From Octopus vulgaris (Eukaryota): 64,000 bases of DNA. Shown in pieces: positions 12,731-25,582 of this stretch (position 1 is the stretch's first letter; each line of letters begins with the position of its first letter). A program made the translations under genes and the position numbers. The notes beneath the pieces were generated by a model, which was not told where the DNA came from, searched no databases, and worked only from the letters and a program-made list of their open reading frames with translations. Location: assembly GCA_951406725.2 (NCBI GenBank), contig OX597836.1, forward strand, positions 22,506,001-22,570,000, in the 5' to 3' direction.

Positions 12731-13041
12731 TTTGTATATATATATATATATATATGCATGTGTGTGTGTGTGTGTATGTGTGTGTGTGTTTGTATGTATA
12801 TGTATAGACACACACACAATGAGCTTATTTGTCATAAGTGCTTCAAGATACAAAATCAGGTTAAAATGGTCAGTAAAGATATGAAATTGGCAAAAGCAGC
12901 AGCTAGTCCATCAAGTATATTTGATGAGATGTAGAAAATACCTAATGAAATAGGGTTCAAGCTGTTCAGAAGGCCATTGTGTAAGTTTGTGTATATTTAC
13001 ATGTGTATATGTGCATGTGTGTCTATATATATATATATACG

Positions 13042-13240
13042 CTTTTACTTGTTTCAGTCATATGACTGCGGCCATGCTGGAACACTGCCTTTAGTCGAGC
13101 AAATCGACCCCGGGACTTATTCTTTGTAAGCCCAGTACTTATTTTATCGGTCTCTTTTGCCGAAATGCTAAGTTACGGGGATGTAAACACACCAGCATCG
13201 GTTGTCAAGCAATGTTAAGGGGACAAACACAGACACACAA

Positions 13241-13293
<53 letters not shown>

Positions 13294-13462
13294 TATATAT
13301 GATGGGCTTCTATGAGTTTCCATCTACCAAATTCACTCACAAGGCTTTGGCCGGTCCGAGGCTATAGTAGAAGACACTTGCCCAAGGTGCCACGCAGTGG
13401 GACTGAACCCGGAACAATGTGATTGGTAAGCAAGCTACTTACCACACAGCCACCCCTGTGCC
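13042..13462 (-). mobile_element. SINE A, full length
   Basis: Colinear with 32432-32848 and 56961-57378. Confidence 0.9.
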
Positions 13463-13939
13463 TATATATATATATATAATTTTCTTTTCTTGTTTCACTC
13501 ATTAGGCTGAAACCGTGCTGGGGTACTGCATAGCCCCAGCAAAGCCAGTCTAATGAATGAAATATGCACACACACACACACACACACACACAGATACATG
13601 TGTGTGTGTATGTGTGTGTGTGTTTGTGTGTGTCTAAACATATATACATGTGTGCGTGTGGGTGCAATGGTGCAAAAGCTAAAATAACTACATCGATGTT
13701 CTGCCAAAAATGGTAATATTTAACAATTCAATAGATATAGATCAATAGAACATGTATCAGAGCAAAAAATAAATCTTGGGAGGAGTGGGGTGGCGATGTG
13801 GGGAAGATGATATGATCAGACTAAAATCATTACAGGCGCCCCAGCATGACCATGGTTTGACAATTGAAGCCAATAAAAGACTAAAGGAATGAAAAAGGAA
13901 ATTAATGCAATATTCTCCCTACCTCAAACCTCACACACC

Positions 13940-14236
13940 ATTATTATTATTATTATCATTATTATTACTATTACTATTATTATTATTATTATTATTACTG
14001 ATGCTATTGTTATCATTATTGGTATCATTAACATAATAATAATAATAATTATTATTATTATTATTATCATTATTATTATTATTATCATTATTATTATCAT
14101 TATTATCATCATCATCATCATCATCATCATTATCATCATCATCATCATCATCATCATTATCATCATTATTATTATTATTATTATCGTCGTCGTCATCATC
14201 ATCATCGTTATTAATTTTATTATTACTATTATTATT
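13940..14236. repeat. (ATT)n/(ATC)n microsatellite, tail or target of the adjacent LINE
   Basis: Directly visible. Confidence 0.9.
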
Positions 14237-14745
14237 CAGTAGTCTTATTTTTATCATGTACTCTCACTGCACCACCGAGTGCAGTTCTGTGTGCCTTGGG
14301 TATGCGCTGCGGTTTGCTGTGGTGTTCTTATTTTCACTGTATTGAAAATGCTTTACATAATATGTGTGCAGTGCCTAGTAGTGCTATTTTCTGTATGTTA
14401 CATACATTCATAAGCCCTGGTGTTTTGGTTATATATTTATCTCTATGTTTTTTAATCATACCTAATGCACCTATTATTGTTTTCATTATCAGCTCCGCAT
14501 TTGAGTTACTTCTATTTCCAGATCTTTGTATTTTTGAGAGTTTCTTCATGTCTTTTACAGATGCATAGTCATCTGTTGATATTGATACATTGATCAGAAG
14601 GAATTATTTTTCTTGGTGATCTCTGACAACTATATCTGGCCTATTAGCCTTGATTTCTCTATCTGTGTGTATTGGCAGATCCCAAAGTATGGTTGCTTTG
14701 TCATTTTCAAGACCTTTTCTGGAGTGTACCTATACCATCTTTATT
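14237..14745 (-). pseudogene. R4/Dong-type non-LTR retrotransposon 3' fragment (RLE C-terminus and 3' UTR)
   Basis: IIGALGMIKK..PG..IQKIALLGTAHIL matches the C-terminus of the 52201-54195 ORF (IVGALGMIKK..IQKIVLTSTAHIL). Confidence 0.85.
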
Positions 14746-14814
14746 TTTGTTGTATCATCATCATCATCATCATCATCATCATTATTATTATTATTATCAT
14801 TATTATTACTATTA

Positions 14815-15135
14815 AGGTGGTGAGCTGGCAGAATTGTTAGCATGCTAGGCGAAATGGTTAGCAGTATTTCATCTGTCTTTATGTTCTCAGTTCAAATTCC
14901 ACTGAGGTCAACTTTACCTTTCATCCTTTTGGGGGTTGATAAACTAAGAACCAGTTGCATACTGGAGTCGATCTAATCAGCTGGCCCCTCCCCCAAAATT
15001 TCAGGCCTTGTGTCTAGAGTAGAAGAGATTCTTTTGGGATTGATAAAATAGATACCAGTTGAACCCTGGGGTTGATGTAAACAATTCACCCCTCCCCCCG
15101 AACTTGCTGACCTTGTACTAAAGTTTGAAACCATT
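14815..15135 (+). mobile_element. SINE B variant (alternative tail) plus a partial second unit
   Basis: B head and Meta-like domain with tail aaaatttcaggccttgtgtctagagtagaag. Confidence 0.8.
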
Positions 15136-15148
15136 ATTGTTATTATTA

Positions 15149-15179
<31 letters not shown>

Positions 15180-15314
15180 TTTTATATGAGCTGTTCGAAA
15201 TATTGCCCAGGGACCTCAAAAAACAACAAGTTGTATATTTACTGTGAGTGTTGTCATTATTAACTTCATAATCATCATCATCATCATCACCATCATCATC
15301 ATCACCATCATCAT

Positions 15315-15526
15315 GGTGGCAAGCTCCAGAATCGGTTGCATGCTGGGTGAAATGCTTAGTGGCATTTTTGTTTGTCTCTCCAGATTCTGAATTCAAATGT
15401 TACTGAGGTCGACTTACCTTTTCATCTTTTGGGGTTGATAAAACAAGTACCAGTCATGCACTGAGGTCAATGCTATTGACTAGTCCTATCCCCAAAATGT
15501 CAGGCCTTGTACCTACAGCAGAAAGG

Positions 15527-15530
<4 letters not shown>
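15315..15530 (+). mobile_element. SINE B variant with (ATT)n tail
   Basis: Same structure as 14815-15030. Confidence 0.8.
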
Positions 15531-15573
<43 letters not shown>

Positions 15574-15610
15574 CATTATTATTGTTGTTGTTATTATTAT
15601 TATTATTATT

Positions 15611-15912
15611 GTGGAGGCACATGGCCTAGCAGTTAGAGCAGCAGACTCGCGGTCAAGGGATCGCGGGTTCGAATCTCAGACCGGATGATGTGTGTGTTTA
15701 TGCGCGAAACACCTAAGTTCCACGCGGCTCAGGCAGAAGGTAATGGCAAACTTCTGCTGACTCTTTCACCACAACTTTCTCTCACTCTTTCCTCCTGCAT
15801 CTTGCAGCTCACCTGCGACAGACCAGCGTCCCATCCAGGTGGGGAACCTATACGCCAAGGAAACTGGGAAACCAGCCCTTATGAGCCAGAGATGGCTCAA
15901 GAAGGAACAAAC
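15611..15912 (+). mobile_element. SINE C head with V-domain-like tail
   Basis: Head as at 2557; tail acctgcgacagaccagcgtcccatccaggtggggaacc..ggaaactgggaaacc shared with 1944-2200. Confidence 0.8.
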
Positions 15913-15913
15913 A

Positions 15914-15960
<47 letters not shown>

Positions 15961-16779
15961 CGTCATCATCATTGTCATCGGCATCATCATCATCATCCTC
16001 ATCATCCTATATTTGCATCAATTTTGTCTTATACTGCAATTTCCCCTTTTTTCAGTACCATTGTGGCAAATAAAAGACTTTACCATTTCCACCAACATAG
16101 CTCCATTGTTGTTGTTGTTGTTACAGTGACGATAATTTCAATGATAGAAAATAGAAGCAGGGCATAGTGAGGTGGGGGCGGGGTGAAGGAGAGAAGGAAA
16201 GAAAAAAGGAAAACAGGGGTTTCTCTGAGAAACGAATACAATAGAAAGCAAAAGCCAAAAAAAAAAAATGACAAAACGAAATGAAAATGCTTTTAACATT
16301 GGAATTTGTAAATAATTATAATCGACATTTTACATTTAATTCTAGAAAATTCCATTCCACACGCACACACATGCAAACTTCCTCCATACAACAATTACTG
16401 CACACACACAGACACACACACACACATACACACAGATGGACACACATACACACACACACCACACCAAATGATAATCTATTGCTCACACTTGCCATCTTTA
16501 ACTAGATAAGAAAATCTATATTCTTCCATACCATTCAACACTTCATTGCACCATACCATGGCATGCCATTCCATTACCATACCATGGCAGTGCTATTCTA
16601 TACAATACTGTATGGTGTCATACTGTAACAGTAAAATAGGGTAAAATGGAGTAGCACATGCTACTCCATACGTTACTAGAAATACCATATTGCATTACAA
16701 TGCACTGAACCATAATCACAACCATGGACTACACCAGGAGACTTATGCCAATGCAAGCCTGTCCATTCAGAAGTACACA

Positions 16780-16985
16780 CACAGGTAATTACACTTGGTC
16801 ATTTGGCAATTTCTTCTTCTCCTCCTTCTTTGGACATTTCTCTTTCTCCTTTCCGATGAAGAGCTATGCTCAAAGCATTAAACTCTCTCAAGCTAATATA
16901 CTTCTTGTGCACATCCTCATGTTTGTTGTTTTTCTTTTTTTTTTTTCGTTTTTTTATATCATTTATTTGAATTGTTTGTTTATTT
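16780..16985 (+). mobile_element. Decayed Penelope-like terminal repeat with degenerate hammerhead motif
   Basis: tttccgatgaagagctatgctcaaagcattaaac aligns to the minus strand of 59130-59350. Confidence 0.55.
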
Positions 16986-17074
16986 CCTGGAGGCCTTCTG
17001 ACAAATTCTCACTTATTAGAAAGTGAAACAACCTACATTACACAATGAAAACTGTGAAGTTTGACGGTCATCTC

Positions 17075-17226
17075 TCAGTTCCCATCTACCAAATCCATTC
17101 ACAAAGCTTTGGTCGGCCTGAGGCTATAGTAGAAGATGATTGCCCAAGGTGTCATGCAGTGGGACTGAATGTGGAACCATGAGGTTGGGAAGCAAGCTTC
17201 TTACCACACAACCACGCCTGCACCTA
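17075..17226 (-). mobile_element. SINE A, 5' half
   Basis: Family match. Confidence 0.85.
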
Positions 17227-17235
17227 TACATTACC

Positions 17236-17420
17236 ATCATCATCGTTTAGCATCCATTTTCCATGCTAGCATGGGTTAGACAGTTTGACTGAAACTGGTA
17301 AGCTGGAGAGCTGCACCTGGTTTCATGCCAAATCAGACTGGAACCTGGTGCAGCCCTCTGGCTTGCTAGTTCCAGTCGAACCATCTAACCCATGCCAGCA
17401 TGGATAGCATACGTTAAATG
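17236..17420. mobile_element. Two inverted family D (probable RTE 3'-UTR) fragments
   Basis: Arms 17245-17325 and 17338-17420 are approximate reverse complements, both with (GAT)n-type tails. Confidence 0.75.
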
Positions 17421-17487
17421 CTGCCGCTGCTGCTACTGCTAATGATGATGATGCTGATGATATTAAATGTTGATGACAACGACAACA

Positions 17488-17527
<40 letters not shown>

Positions 17528-18400
17528 CGACGACGATGAAGATAATGATTATGATGATTATGATAATGATGATGATGATGATGATAATGATGATGATGAT
17601 GATGATGATGTTGATGATGATGATGATGGTGATGATGGCGATGATGATGATGATGATGATATTGATGATGATGATGATGATGATAATGATGATGATGATG
17701 ATGATACACACGCACACACACACATTCTGTCCACTTTTGATTTTTTTTCACTCAAAAAATGTAACAAGTCAAACACATGATACACCACAGTGTTAATTCT
17801 CATTGTCTCCTGCTGATCTCTTCCACCACCGTCACCACCACCACCACCACCACCGTCACCACCACCACCACCACCATCATCACCTCAACCCTCACCATTC
17901 TTCGCCACCAATGCCACCACTATCGTCATCATCAAAATCATTGCCACCACCATCACTATCACCACCAGTATCATCATCGCAGTCACTACCATCACTGTCA
18001 AAGTCACCACCATCATCATCACCACTACCACCACCACCACCACCACCACCACCACCACCACCACAACCACCATTATTACTATTTATGATTATCTCTCTCA
18101 CACCCATTTTCTCTTTCTCTCTCTCTCTCCCCCTCTCCTCTCACTTACTCCCCTCTCTCTCTCCTTTATATTCTCTATATACCTGTGTGTGTGTGTGTGT
18201 GTGTGTGTATTTATATACATATACAAACACACATATATATATATATTTGTATATACATACATATATATATATATATATCTTTATATATTTAAGAGTATGT
18301 TACTTCCCCCTCTTACTCCCCCTCTCTCTCTTACTCCCCCTCTCTCTCTTACTCTCCACTCTCTCCTTTTCCGTTCTCTCTCGTCTTTCATATCTATAAT
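17420..18400. repeat. (GAT)n, (CAC)n, (CT)n and (TA)n microsatellite cluster
   Basis: Directly visible. Confidence 0.9.
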
Positions 18401-19169
18401 TAGAGGAGAATTTCAATCAATTTACTTGTTTCTTTTTTTATATTTTTTGCTACTGATTTATTTATGACTCTTCGCAAATGTCTTTTTATAGAGTAGGGTG
18501 TGTGTGTGTGTGTGTATGTGTGTATGTCTATGACTAAATGTGTATGTATATACAAGTATATATATATATATGTGTGTGTGTAGGTTACAACGTCTCTATA
18601 TGTTTATGTGTGTGTGAATATGTTAGTATAGGAGTGTGGATCTGTGTGCGTGTGCATGTGTGTCTAGATACGTTGAGTTGGTACAGCATGGTTGAATGGT
18701 TAAGAAATTCGCTTCACAATTCCTAGGTCCCAGGTTCACTCCCACAGTGAAGCATCTTGCACAAATGTTATTTATCATAGCCTCAGATCAACCTAAGCCC
18801 ATGTAGCTGGAAACTGTGTGGAAGCCCTTCAGCAGTCCCATCTTAAAAGCATCACAGAGCCACTACCAAAGCAATGCTCTGGCTCCCTTAAATACATAGA
18901 CTGGTTCCGGGGTTAACTCCCCCTAGTGTGCCCCTACTGTAAGATGGCACCCCAGTCAGATGGATTGTAGCAGTAAATCAACTGGTCCAACTGCATCATG
19001 CCTAGTGCCATCATAGAGTCATACTGAATCTCAGTGGAATTATGTGTGTGAGTAAACATGTCCATGGAGTATTTAGCTACCTACAAATTCAATGAGCAGG
19101 TAACAAGGTTGACCAAATAACTGAATCCTCAACGTTGAAACTGACCAGTTTTAATTTACTTGTACAGCT

Positions 19170-19737
19170 GTGTGTGACTTAGTGGTTAGCATATTTGGCT
19201 CGTGACTGTAAGACCATGAGTTCAATTCTAGGCAGCACATTGTGTCCATGAGCAAGGCATTTTATTTCCTGTTGCTCCGGTCCTCTCAGCTGGCAAAAAT
19301 GAACAGTACCTATTTCTTTATTACCCACAAGGGGCTAAACACAGAGGGGACAAACAAGGACAGACATAGGTATTAAGTCGATTACATCAACCCCAGTGCG
19401 TAACTGGTACTTAATTTACCGACCCCGAAAGGATGAAAGGCAAAGTCGACCTCAGCGGAATTTGAACCCAGAACGTAACGGCAGACGAAATACGGCTTAG
19501 CATTTCGCCCAGCGTGCTAACGATTCTGCCAGCTCGCCACTTTAAAATGAACAGTATCAGTAATTCCAAAGGGCCAACCTTGTCACATTCTATGCCACGC
19601 TGAATCTCCCTGAGAACTACATTATGCTTATGCATGTCTGTGGAGTACTCAGCCATTTGTACATTAATTTCACGAGTACGCCGTTCTGTTGATCGGATCA
19701 ACCAGAATCCTTGTCATCGTATCTGACGGAGTGCCAA
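19170..19737 (+). mobile_element. CORE-like SINE family E, interrupted by SINE B
   Basis: Head gtgacttagtggttag..gagttcaattc; tail aaagggccaacc..tgaatctccctgagaactac..gatcggatcaac; also at 48175 and 49555. Confidence 0.75.
19311..19540 (-). mobile_element. SINE B, full length, 13-bp TSD
   Basis: TSD aaaatgaacagta at 19296-19308 and 19544-19556. Confidence 0.9.
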
Positions 19738-19781
19738 CTTTGTATTTTTTTCAGTCTTGCATATGTGTGTATATCAGTGTA

Positions 19782-19824
<43 letters not shown>

Positions 19825-20743
19825 ATGTGTGGATATGTGGAATACTAGACGTGTACGTGTGTGTGTCTGTATTAGTGTTTATGTCTGTAAAAGTTTAAGA
19901 GAATGAGTGGTGGTGGAGGTGGTGGGGGTGTACCAAAAAAATCTAAATTTTAGTAAATTTTGTGTTGTTTTCCTGTTTTCCAGACAGTAAATTATCGTTT
20001 GGCTATTATCTAAAAGTATAATTACATATGCGTATGTATGAATACATTTATATATATGTATATATGTATATGTGTGCATCTAGGTTTGTATATGTATGTA
20101 TATTCATGTATGTGTGTATATATGCTTCCATATGTGTGTGTATATGTGGTGTATGTCTGTATATATGTCTGTATGGATGTAAGTATGTAACATGTATTTA
20201 AGAATGTAATATAGAAGTATATATATGTGTATGAGCTTGTAAGAGTGTATTCATATATGGATGTGTGTGTGTATTTGTAAGTATATATATATATATATAT
20301 ATGTTTTCCAGATGTATGTATATATGGTGTCTTCTAAGATTTATATAAATTCTTGTTTTGCAAAATTCCAGTTTGTCACTAAGAAACTGAGACAGCTTCT
20401 TCGTGTAAACTGAGGCAGTTCCAGGAGATTGTAAATATGTGTGCGCATATATGGATGTGCAGCTACACAGATAGATATATGCATTGTCTAACCATTTTTA
20501 TTTATCAGAATTCCTCAAAGATAGAATTCTGGTAAATAACAAAGAAAGTTCCATTGTTGGAATTCTGAAAACAACAGTAAGTGCTACATGCTGAAATTTC
20601 AGAAAGTCTTTAAAATGTTTACTGTTCCACTTAAAGTTCATATCTGTCAATAATACAGTTCTATATTTAAGAGGTGAGGAATTATGTACATTGTTTACAT
20701 TATTCATTTTTGACAGATATTTGTCCTATTCTTGTTTGTTGTT

Positions 20744-20789
20744 AACACAATGTATCGACTGAAATACCCTCCAGCCTTCATCAGGTGTC
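20744..20789 (-). ncRNA. Minimal type I hammerhead motif (mutated GAAA and cleavage triplet)
   Basis: GACAC-CTGATGA-A-GGCTG gagggtattt CAGTC-GATA-C-ATT-GTGTT. Confidence 0.65.
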
Positions 20790-21005
20790 TTGAGGAAATT
20801 TCAAACCTGGATTCTCATTCCTAAGGTATTTTTTGATGTTGTTGTTGATATTATTATTATTATTATTCAGGTCACTGCCTGGAATCAACTCGGAATCTTG
20901 GGGTTTGTAGCCTGTGGTTTTAACCACTATGCCATATGCCTATGGGCATATGGTGTAGTGGAGAAATACCTTAGGAATGAGAACCCAGGTTTGAAATTTC
21001 CCCAA

Positions 21006-21048
21006 GACACCTGATTAAGGCTGGAGGGTATATCAGCCGAAACGTGTT
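21006..21048 (+). ncRNA. Minimal type I hammerhead motif (G8 mutated, 3-nt deletion)
   Basis: GACAC-CTGATTA-A-GGCTG gagggtatat CAGCC-GAAA-C-GTGTT. Confidence 0.65.
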
Positions 21049-21339
21049 AACAACAAACAAGTGTAATTTTACTTACTCTTCTTTTTTTCTTCTCCCTTTT
21101 AATACCTCATATAAGGCTCTACGTCTCTGAGTTCAACTACTGGTGGCAGTTCATTGAACTCCACCAATACTCCAGGTGGATCAATCTTGTTTCCGCACAT
21201 GTCTACTGGTCTATCATATGCTTCTTTGAATAACTTAAAACAATATAAATGAATAAGCATTACTTTTGACAAAGTAATCTGAATGCTGAAGGATTAAACG
21301 AGGATGAAGATAACATGTATGCACACGTACACACATCAT

Positions 21340-21535
21340 CAGAGAGCTGCACCAGGCTCCAGTCTGTTTTGGCTTGGTTCCTGTGGCTGGATGCCCTTCC
21401 TAATGCCAACCACTCCATAGAGTGTACTGGGTGCCTCTTACGTGTCGCTGGCATAGGTGCCTTTAACGTGTCACCACCACAGGTGCCTTTAACATGTCAC
21501 TGGCACAAGTGCCTTTTGTGAGTCACTACCACTGG
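21340..21535 (-). mobile_element. Family D fragment
   Basis: gctggatgcccttcctaatgccaaccactcc. Confidence 0.75.
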
Positions 21536-21584
21536 CAACAACTACCACCACCACCACCACCATTTGGTAACTAGTTTTCCAGCA

Positions 21585-21730
21585 TTGGTTTGTTTACATC
21601 CCTGGAACTTAGTTTGGCAAAAGAAACTGATAGAATAATTACTAGGCTTAAAAAATAAGTCCTGAGGTCAATACATTCGATTAAAAATTCAAGGCGGTGC
21701 CCCGGAATGGCCATAGCCTAATTTCTGAAG
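21585..21730 (+). mobile_element. SINE A, 3' half
   Basis: Family match. Confidence 0.75.
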
Positions 21731-21733
21731 CAA

Positions 21734-21824
<91 letters not shown>

Positions 21825-22366
21825 GGTAGATAGATGTACACATTCTTGTGTATATGTATCTGCAAACATATAAGTAGGCGTGGATGTCGTTGCCTTTGAT
21901 ACATATTTACCTTTTGACATATATAAATAATACTTACATATACACACGTATATACATTCACACTCTATTTCTATGTCTACATACACATTTACCTACATAC
22001 CAAATGCCAAACTGCTGGAATGCTGTACATATTTTCACAGCCTCATTAAACAGCCTGTAATTGGAATTTTCTAATTAGTCATGCCCTTTCTGCTTTTGTG
22101 AGGCCCAGCTCCTCAAAACTGTTCCTAACGCAGTTATTACATAACCAAGTACTCCCAATAATCACAGGGTATATTCCGGGTACGCTATCTCCACATTTCT
22201 CATTAGTTCAACATAGACGTTTCCTTTTTTCACTTCCAACTCTAACATTATGTTAACATGTTCTGCATCAGTGATTCCTGCCATTCGGCACACTTCCTTT
22301 TTCCTCCGTTTCTCTGTATTCTACACTATCATTACGCCTTGTTTGTTGCACTTAAAAATGTGCTAG

Positions 22367-22371
22367 GTGTG

Positions 22372-22407
<36 letters not shown>

Positions 22408-22443
22408 CATGTGTGTGTGTGTGTGTGTATGTATATATATATA

Positions 22444-22487
<44 letters not shown>

Positions 22488-22663
22488 TGTTTTTCTATCT
22501 ATCTATCTATCTATCTATCTGTCTGTCTGTCTATCTTTCTATCTATTTATCTGTCTATCTCTCTTTCTCTCTCTTTCTCTCTCTCTCTCTATCTATCTAT
22601 CTCTCTGTCTATCAATCTATCTTTCTTTCTGTCTGTCTGTCTGTCCGTCCGTCCATCTGTCTG

Positions 22664-22730
<67 letters not shown>

Positions 22731-23357
22731 GTTTATCTATCTGTCTATCTATCTATCTATTAATGTATGTGGGTATGTTTGTATATGTATGTATGCATTA
22801 TGTTTATCTGTATGTACATGTGTATGTATGACTGAGTATGTATGTGCGTATGTATGTATGTGCACGTGTAAGTGCTCATATGCATGTAATTAGGCATGTG
22901 TGTGTGTGTGTATGAATATACATTCATATATACATACAACCATACATGTATACATATATCCAAACATACAATTATATATACATAGCTACCTACATATGTA
23001 TATATGCATATGCACAATTATATAGCTAGGATACATATGTATGCATGCATGCATGCATGTATGTATGTATATATATGTCTGTGTATGTGTAATGATATGA
23101 GATAGATAGGAATGGGGGGGGAGTAAAACTTCATTTGATTGGGAAATAAAAAAGACCAGTCAAAGGAAACAAGCTGTTTCAGCAATCTAAACACTATCTC
23201 ACTCATAAATAAACACATCAGACTCATGCATATATAAATACATAATATATACACACATACATGCATACATACATACATACATACATACATACATACATAC
23301 ATACATACATGCATGCATACATACATACATACATACATACATACATACATACATACA

Positions 23358-23388
<31 letters not shown>

Positions 23389-23468
23389 GTATATATATAT
23401 ATCAACACATACATGCATATATATTTATATATTTATATACATGCATACATTTTAAAAAAGGCTTATGG

Positions 23469-23515
<47 letters not shown>

Positions 23516-23590
23516 TGCATATATGTTTATGTATTTATATACATGCATACATTTTAAAAGGCTTATTGTTATATATATATATATATATGA
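22367..23590. repeat. (TA)n, (TATC)n and (CATA)n region with an approximately 100-bp tandem duplication at 23410-23590
   Basis: acatgcatacattttaaaa..ggcttat occurs twice. Confidence 0.9.
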
Positions 23591-23992
23591 AAAAAATGTT
23601 AGAGATAGAAAATGGAATACATGGATAACTTTATTGCTCACTACGATTGTTTCAACACATCCTGTATTAGTCCCTCACAGACAGGAAACTATACAACTAG
23701 TTCTGATGCATCCTTCGGTGTAGAAGCATCTCACCTGGTAATGTAATGAGGTATCTTGTTAAGTGATCTCTGTTTTGCTCGGATTTAATACAGCATGTTG
23801 TTAGTGATTGTAGGTTTGCAACAGAATCTGTCCCTTACCATTCCTATGCAATGGCTTAAACCAAGGGATGAACCACAACTAGTTGTATAGTTTCCCACCT
23901 GTGAGGGATCACTGCAAGATGTGTGGAAATAATCGTTGTGAGCAATAAAGTTTCCTGCATATTCCATTTTCCATCTCTATCATTTGTTTTAT
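23590..23992. repeat. Diverged inverted-repeat pair (about 130-bp arms), Penelope-like remnant
   Basis: 23590-23720 is the approximate reverse complement of 23860-23992 (aactagttgtatagtttcc..tgtgaggga..tgagcaataaagtt). Confidence 0.6.
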
Positions 23993-24121
23993 ACTTAACA
24001 TAGGCCGAGGAATTGCTGAGGTATATCCAACAACAATTGTGTAATTACTGTAGATGACATTAGGTAGTCATAGGCAGAGAATGTGCTTTATCAGTGCACT
24101 ACTAGGAATATACCTACCACT

Positions 24122-24169
<48 letters not shown>

Positions 24170-25582
24170 GTTGTGTCTGGGGAGAGTCATTTTCTTTTAG
24201 TGCCTTATTATGTCCCTAACTCCAGCTGCAGTGATCAGCTTGTCGAGTTCCTTGAGGACATTACTCAGATCACTGACAGTGGCTCATGGGTGGATGTTGT
24301 CTACCTTGACTTTGCTAAGGCTTTCAACTCTGTGCCACACAAAAGGCTTATGGTCAAACTCTCTGCAATGGGTGTGAGGGATGACCTTTTTAACTTGTTG
24401 AAATCCTTCATTCTCAACCGAAAGGAGGTAGTCACAGTTCTAGGACAGCATTCTACACCATATGAGATGTCATCGGGTGTACCACAGGGATCTGTCCTTG
24501 GTCCCCTCTTGTTTGTGGCATACATTAATGACATAGATGCAAATTTAAAGAATGCCACAGTATTAAAATATGCAGACGACATCAAGCTGTACCTTGAAAT
24601 CAAGAGGACAGATCCTGTTGTCTACAGCTCTTTCCTGCAATCAGACCTGGACACAATGCAGCAAGGGATCACAGACTGGCAACTGAAACTGGCTGTGGAC
24701 AAGTGTACCACCATGCATTTTGGGAGAAAAAACCCTGCGTCCACATACTCCCTCCACAACACTGATATCAAGAAATCCTCTTGCGAGCGTGACCTAGGCA
24801 TCACTGTCAGCAGTGATTTGCGTTGGACAAAGCATATCTCTAAAATTGTCAAGGAGGCCGAGGGTGTCTTGGCATCACTCAGCAAGACTTTTGTTAGCCA
24901 CTCTCCAGCCATCTATTTAAAACTGTATACAGCTATGGTACGACCACACTTGGAATTCACATCATCAGTTTGGAACCCCTATCTTGCTCAGAACATTCAC
25001 CTCCTGGAATCTGTTCAGAGACGTGCAACCAAACGCATACCCTCCATTAGACACCTACCATATTCTGAGCGCCTTGTTTCCCTGGGCATGGATTCACTGA
25101 AGCTCCGGCGTCTGGCGACGGACTTGGTAAACGCCCACAAAGTTGTCAACCACCTCACCAATAACAACACTGAACACCTTTTTGATCTCCATGTGTCTAA
25201 CACACATGGACATGCCTACAAAGTCAGAAAACAACACAGGTCCCATGACTTTCGGAAACATTTCTTCACGCTCAGAGTTGCTGAAGCATGGAATAAACTG
25301 CCTGCGTCAGTTGTTGACTGCCATGACACTGCATCATTTAAGGCCCTCATGCTTCCCGAAATCCATCGAAACTACACCTGATTATATATGCACTCTAGAT
25401 GAGTTGTAGTGCACCTGAGCACTGTACACAATGTTTATTATTATTTTTTAACACGAAATAAATTAGTAAATTAGTGGAAACTTTACTGGTGAGTGTGTTT
25501 CCCCAGACACAACAAAATATGCTTCAACACACAAACTCACATAAAGAATCTTGCAAACCAAATCCAAAAACGAAGTATATAC
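24170..25582. mobile_element. Family F element with inverted halves (24170-24212 and 25446-25582), split by the CR1 insertion
   Basis: gttgtgtctggggagagtca..gccttatta | tttaacac is contiguous at 28640-28690; tccccagacacaac is inverted at about 25500. Confidence 0.7.
24213..25445 (+). mobile_element. CR1-type LINE, 5'-truncated; RT ORF open to 25381; (TTA)n tail; inserted in a family F element
   Basis: VDVVYLDFAKAFNSVPH, SGVPQGSVLGPLLF, KYADDIKLY, ERDLG, VRPHLE..VWNPY, LESVQRRATK, FFTLRVAEAWNKLP. Confidence 0.93.

Larger units (their letters stand above)
20650..21062. mobile_element. Head-to-head pair of a tRNA-headed, hammerhead-bearing short element
   Basis: Minus copy 20940 to about 20650: A box, B box, (AAT)n, HHR motif. 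Plus copy 20945-21062: A box, deletion, HHR motif. Confidence 0.7.

Noticed and set aside
22210-22275. Minus-strand ctgatgca...gaaacgtc as a hammerhead
   Set aside because: A9 is absent and stems I and II do not form.
24173-24212. N-terminus (MSGESHFLLVPYY) of the 402-aa ORF as a real start
   Set aside because: It comes from the flanking family F element; the CR1 is 5'-truncated and the fusion is fortuitous.
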